From: Patescibacteria group bacterium
GTDB lineage: Bacteria > Patescibacteriota > Gracilibacteria > UBA1369 > UM-FILTER-53-11
Assembly: GCA_038062615.1 (NCBI GenBank)
Contig: JBBTWV010000002.1
Coordinates: forward strand, 1-56,491
Length of the DNA: 56,491 nt
Reading direction: 5' to 3'
Both the position numbers and the translations under genes were made by a program. The notes beneath the pieces were generated by a model. It searched no databases and was not told the origin of the DNA. It was given only the letters and a program-made list of their open reading frames with translations. Positions within the stretch are counted from its first letter, which is position 1. Each line of letters starts with the position of its first letter. This document shows, piece after piece, positions 53,184-56,491 of this stretch.

Positions 53184-53223
53184 AGCAAAAAATAAAGCTT
53201 ATATTAAGCCGAGTATATCACAT

Positions 53224-55329
53224 TTATCTGGCTCTCGCCGTACCCGTTCCGCGGGATTCTTTGATCTTTTCGGAAACGTTGGCGGGAACTTTTTGGTAGT
53301 GCCCAAACTCCATGCTGTAGCTGGCTCGGCCTTGGGTCATGGAACGTAAATCGGTGGCGTAGCCAAACATTTCGGAGAGGGGAACGTGAGCCTTAATAAA
53401 CTTGGCCATGCCGCGATCTCCGGTTTCAAAAATTTGTCCGCGGCGAGAACTCAAGTTACCCATAACATCTCCAAAGAAATTTTCAGGAGAAACCACTTCC
53501 ACATTCATGATTGGTTCAAGGAGATGCGGATCGGCTTTGCGAGCCGCGCCTTGGAAGGCGAGTGAACCGGCAATTTTGAAAGCCAATTCAGAAGAGTCAA
53601 CGTCGTGGTAACTTCCATCAAAGAGTTCAACTTGAATATCCACAAGCGGATAACCGGCCACGACTCCACGAGTAAGGGCTTCTCGAATACCTTTATCAAC
53701 GGCTGGGATAAATTCACGCGGAATGCGTCCACCGACGATTTTGTCCAAAAATTCGTAACCTTTTCCTTTTTCTAAAGGACGAACGAGAAGTTTTACGTGG
53801 CCGTACTGACCGTGACCACCTGTTTGCTTCACATATTTTTCCTCACCTTCAGCCTCTTTGCTAATAGTTTCTTTGTAAGCTACTTGCGGTGTACCAACGT
53901 TGGCTTCCACTTTAAATTCGCGGCGCATACGATCCACGATGATATCCAAATGGAGTTCACCCATACCAGAAATAATCGTCTGGCCAGTTTCTTCATTCGA
54001 TTTTACTTGGAAGGTAGGATCTTCTTCAGCCAATTTTTGAAGGGCGATACCCATTTTCTCTTGATCGGCCTTGGTTTTTGGTTCAATGGCAATGGAGATA
54101 ACCGGATCAGGAAACTCAATCGCCTCCAAAATGATGGGATGATCCACGTCGCAAAGCGTATCACCCGTAAATGTCTGTTTAGGGCCAATGAGTGCGGCAA
54201 TTTCTCCGGCGTGAACTTCTTTAATCTCTTCACGCGAGTTGGCATGGAGCCGAACCATACGGCCAACGCGCTCTTTTTGTTCACTCGTGGCATTATAAAC
54301 ATACGAGCCGGTTTCTAATTTTCCGGAATAGACCCTAAAGAAAGCGAGTTTACCAACAAAAGGGTCAGTAGCAATTTTGAAAGCAAGCGCCGTGAAAGGT
54401 TCGCTTGCGTCGGGCTTACGTTCTTCTTGCAGCCCGGTGCGTGGGTTAATACCTTTAATAGGAGGAAGATCAAAAGGAGCGGGGAGGAAGAAACAGACGC
54501 CGTCGAGCACAAACTGAACACCCATGTTTTTGAGTGAGCTTCCGCAAAAAACCGGATACAACTGGCCTTTAATGACACCGCTTCGAAGTCCGCGGCGGAT
54601 TTCGTCTATCGTTAATTCTTTGCCTTCGATGTACTTGGCCATGAGGTCATCGTCAAACTCGGAAGCTTTTTCTAAAACTTTGTGGCGATATTCCGTCACT
54701 TGGTCCTTCATATCTTCTGGAATAGGAATTTCTGTAATTTTTTCGCCGTTTTCACCTTCAAATTTGTAGGCTTTTTGCGTGATCAAATCCACAATGCCGC
54801 TAAAGCTGCTTTCGTAGCCGATGGGAAGCTGCACCGCTACGCCGCTCTTGGAAAGGCGTTCGTGAATAGATGCCAGCGTCATGAAAAAATCCGCGCCGGT
54901 CTTGTCCATTTTATTTACAAAAGCGATACGAGGAACTTCATACTTATCGGCTTGGCGCCAGACGGTTTCGGATTGCGGTTCGACGCCTTGGGATCCATCA
55001 AACACGACAACGCCGCCATCCAGTACGCGCAAACTACGCTCAACTTCCACCGTAAAATCTACGTGGCCGGGAGTATCAATAATGTTGAAGCGATATTTTT
55101 CTCCGCCAATGGTGGGAGTCCAAAAACACGTGGTGGCCGCAGCGGTAATCGTAATGCCGCGTTCTTTTTCCTGTTCCATCCAGTCCATTTCGGCGGCACC
55201 TTCATGCACCTCGCCGATTTTGTGTTTCTTTCCGGTATAAAAAAGAACACGTTCAGTGGTGGTGGTTTTCCCGGCATCAATATGAGCAATAATGCCGATA
55301 TTACGCGTCAGTCGGAGATCTTCAGCCAT
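53224..55329 (-). CDS. fusA: Elongation factor G
   Basis: [28 protein letters not shown] and NKMD. 701 aa. Confidence 0.95.
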   Translation of the reverse strand: MAEDLRLTRNIGIIAHIDAGKTTTTERVLFYTGKKHKIGEVHEGAAEMDWMEQEKERGITITAAATTCFWTPTIGGEKYRFNIIDTPGHVDFTVEVERSLRVLDGGVVVFDGSQGVEPQSETVWRQADKYEVPRIAFVNKMDKTGADFFMTLASIHERLSKSGVAVQLPIGYESSFSGIVDLITQKAYKFEGENGEKITEIPIPEDMKDQVTEYRHKVLEKASEFDDDLMAKYIEGKELTIDEIRRGLRSGVIKGQLYPVFCGSSLKNMGVQFVLDGVCFFLPAPFDLPPIKGINPRTGLQEERKPDASEPFTALAFKIATDPFVGKLAFFRVYSGKLETGSYVYNATSEQKERVGRMVRLHANSREEIKEVHAGEIAALIGPKQTFTGDTLCDVDHPIILEAIEFPDPVISIAIEPKTKADQEKMGIALQKLAEEDPTFQVKSNEETGQTIISGMGELHLDIIVDRMRREFKVEANVGTPQVAYKETISKEAEGEEKYVKQTGGHGQYGHVKLLVRPLEKGKGYEFLDKIVGGRIPREFIPAVDKGIREALTRGVVAGYPLVDIQVELFDGSYHDVDSSELAFKIAGSLAFQGAARKADPHLLEPIMNVEVVSPENFFGDVMGNLSSRRGQIFETGDRGMAKFIKAHVPLSEMFGYATDLRSMTQGRASYSMEFGHYQKVPANVSEKIKESRGTGTARAR

Positions 55330-55335
55330 AAAATT

Positions 55336-55788
55336 TTAATATTTAGCAAAGTGAGCGAACGCCTTGTTGGCCTGAGCCATGCGGTGCGAATCGTCCTTCT
55401 TTTTGACAGCGGGACCTGTGCCTGCAGCGGCTTCAATAAGTACGCCGGCAAGTTTTTTACCCATAGGACGTCCTTTTATGCCACGTGCCGCGGCTATAAT
55501 CCAGCGGAATGCGAGGGAGAGTTGGCGGTTGGATTTTACCTCAACAGGAATTTGATACACCGCGCCGCCGATACGTTTGGGACGGACTTCCATGGTGGGT
55601 TTTACATTATCTACGGCTTTTTCAAACACACGTTCTGGATTTTGTCCGGCCGCCTGTTTGCTGATTTCAAGAAAACTGTCACGCAAAATTCTGCGGGAGG
55701 TAGATTTTTTGCCGCACGACATCATCGTGTTGATGAAGCGTTCTTGGAGCGGATTGGAACCTTCGGGAATGTAGATTGCTTTTTTCAT
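55336..55788 (-). CDS. rpsG: 30S ribosomal protein S7
   Basis: MSCGKKSTSRRILRDSF...MEVRPKRIGGAVYQIPVEV...HRMAQANKAFAHF. Confidence 0.9.
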   Translation of the reverse strand: MKKAIYIPEGSNPLQERFINTMMSCGKKSTSRRILRDSFLEISKQAAGQNPERVFEKAVDNVKPTMEVRPKRIGGAVYQIPVEVKSNRQLSLAFRWIIAAARGIKGRPMGKKLAGVLIEAAAGTGPAVKKKDDSHRMAQANKAFAHFAKY

Positions 55789-55868
55789 AATGTTTACGCT
55801 CGGCCTTGCTCAGACTGGCAGAGCCAGATCTTCGCTGCGGCCTCGCAGCCCCGCTGTGCGGCGCTCAT
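55789..55868 (-). repeat. Family C structured repeat (C2), abutting the rpsG start codon
   Basis: AATGTTTACGCTCGG...CTGGCAGAGCCAG...CCGCTGTGCGGCGCTCAT. It is collinear with C1 and has a compensatory change in the central hairpin. Confidence 0.7.
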
Positions 55869-55894
55869 TAATTAAATAAGATATTTGAAATTCG

Positions 55895-56305
55895 TTACTT
55901 AGGTCTCTTAGCACCATACTGACTACGTCCACGGCGACGAGCCGTAACACCTTGGGTATCAAGAAGTCCGCGGACAATGTGATAGCGCACGCCGGGAAGA
56001 TCCTTCACGCGTCCTCCGCGAATCATGACCACGGAGTGTTCTTGGAGGTTGTGGCCTTCACCCGGAATATAAGCGATAACTTCCATCCCGTTGGTAAGGC
56101 GAACCTTGGCGATTTTACGCAAAGCCGAGTTGGGCTTTTTAGGTGTCATGGTGGTTACCTTAATACAGACACCGCGTTTGAGCGGAGCAGAAAGCGGGAT
56201 CAGTTTGCTCTTGAGGGAGTTCCATCCAAATTGCAACACCGGAGATTTCGACTTCTTAGACGGGGGGTGGCGTTTGTGGCGGACGAGTTGGTTAATGGTT
56301 GGCAT
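55895..56305 (-). CDS. rpsL: 30S ribosomal protein S12
   Basis: [12 protein letters not shown]...[18 protein letters not shown]...[25 protein letters not shown]. Confidence 0.95.
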   Translation of the reverse strand: MPTINQLVRHKRHPPSKKSKSPVLQFGWNSLKSKLIPLSAPLKRGVCIKVTTMTPKKPNSALRKIAKVRLTNGMEVIAYIPGEGHNLQEHSVVMIRGGRVKDLPGVRYHIVRGLLDTQGVTARRRGRSQYGAKRPK

Positions 56306-56315
56306 AGTGAGTCAC

Positions 56316-56343
56316 AGTCTAGCGGATAAAGTTATCGAGTCAA
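56316..56343 (-). promoter_or_regulatory. Putative str-operon promoter: TTGACT (56343-56338), 16 nt, TAGACT (56321-56316), 10 nt before the rpsL ATG
   Basis: Read on the minus strand. Confidence 0.45.
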
Positions 56344-56383
56344 GCTATAGGGCCTGTTCGCATATAATTCTTGCGATGGTTGG

Positions 56384-56474
56384 ACAGGAATATGGTTGGA
56401 TTTAAGGCGCGAGGAGCACAGTGTAGCATAGCTACACAAGCGACGAGCAACACGGAAGACAGCCATATTCCTGT
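56384..56474. repeat. ~90-bp imperfect palindrome upstream of the rpsL promoter
   Basis: Outer arms ACAGGAATATGG (56384-56395) and CCATATTCCTGT (56463-56474). Inner hairpin GTGTAGC-ATA-GCTACAC (56421-56437). Confidence 0.55.
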
Positions 56475-56491
56475 GCAACCCGTAGGGAAGG

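Overview
This 56.5-kb window comes from a compact bacterial genome that uses the standard genetic code (TGA ends infA and rplR). The right half (32.2-56.3 kb, minus strand) is a near-complete str/S10/spc/alpha ribosomal superoperon: rpsL-rpsG-fusA-tuf-rpsJ ... secY-adk-map-infA-rpmJ-rpsM-rpsK-rpsD-rpoA-rplQ, then rplM-rpsI-trmD. rpmD (L30) is absent, several ribosomal proteins carry low-complexity extensions, and I see no Shine-Dalgarno motifs. These traits fit a Patescibacteria/CPR-like lineage, but that is inference. The left half carries cell-surface genes (SLH/GH18, SLH, metallophosphoesterase), a DnaQ-exonuclease/DinG-like fusion, a pyrimidine cluster (carA, pyrB, pyrC, pyrD, pyrK, pyrE, pyrF), rsmA, a P-type ATPase and a secreted HEXXH/CARDB protein. 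The most unusual content falls into four groups. (1) An ~8-kb accessory island splits pyrK from pyrE. It holds two diverged copies of a three-gene cassette: a 550-600 aa orphan protein divergent from an RHH antitoxin and a PIN toxin. The copies bracket a tryptophanase-family lyase and a RelB/RelE-like pair. Copy 2 has a frameshift and a nonsense lesion. (2) The duplication provides filled-versus-empty sites for two small insertions: a 141-bp GC-rich nested-hairpin repeat, and a 316-bp element with inverted ends and a CTAG duplication. (3) At least four families of structured GC-rich repeats fill the intercistronic spacers of the ribosomal operons. A separate palindromic element with no copy elsewhere in the window sits in-frame inside the dinG-like gene. 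(4) Foreign genes interrupt rpsJ-rplC and fusA-tuf. All similarity statements are by eye; no searches or computations were run.
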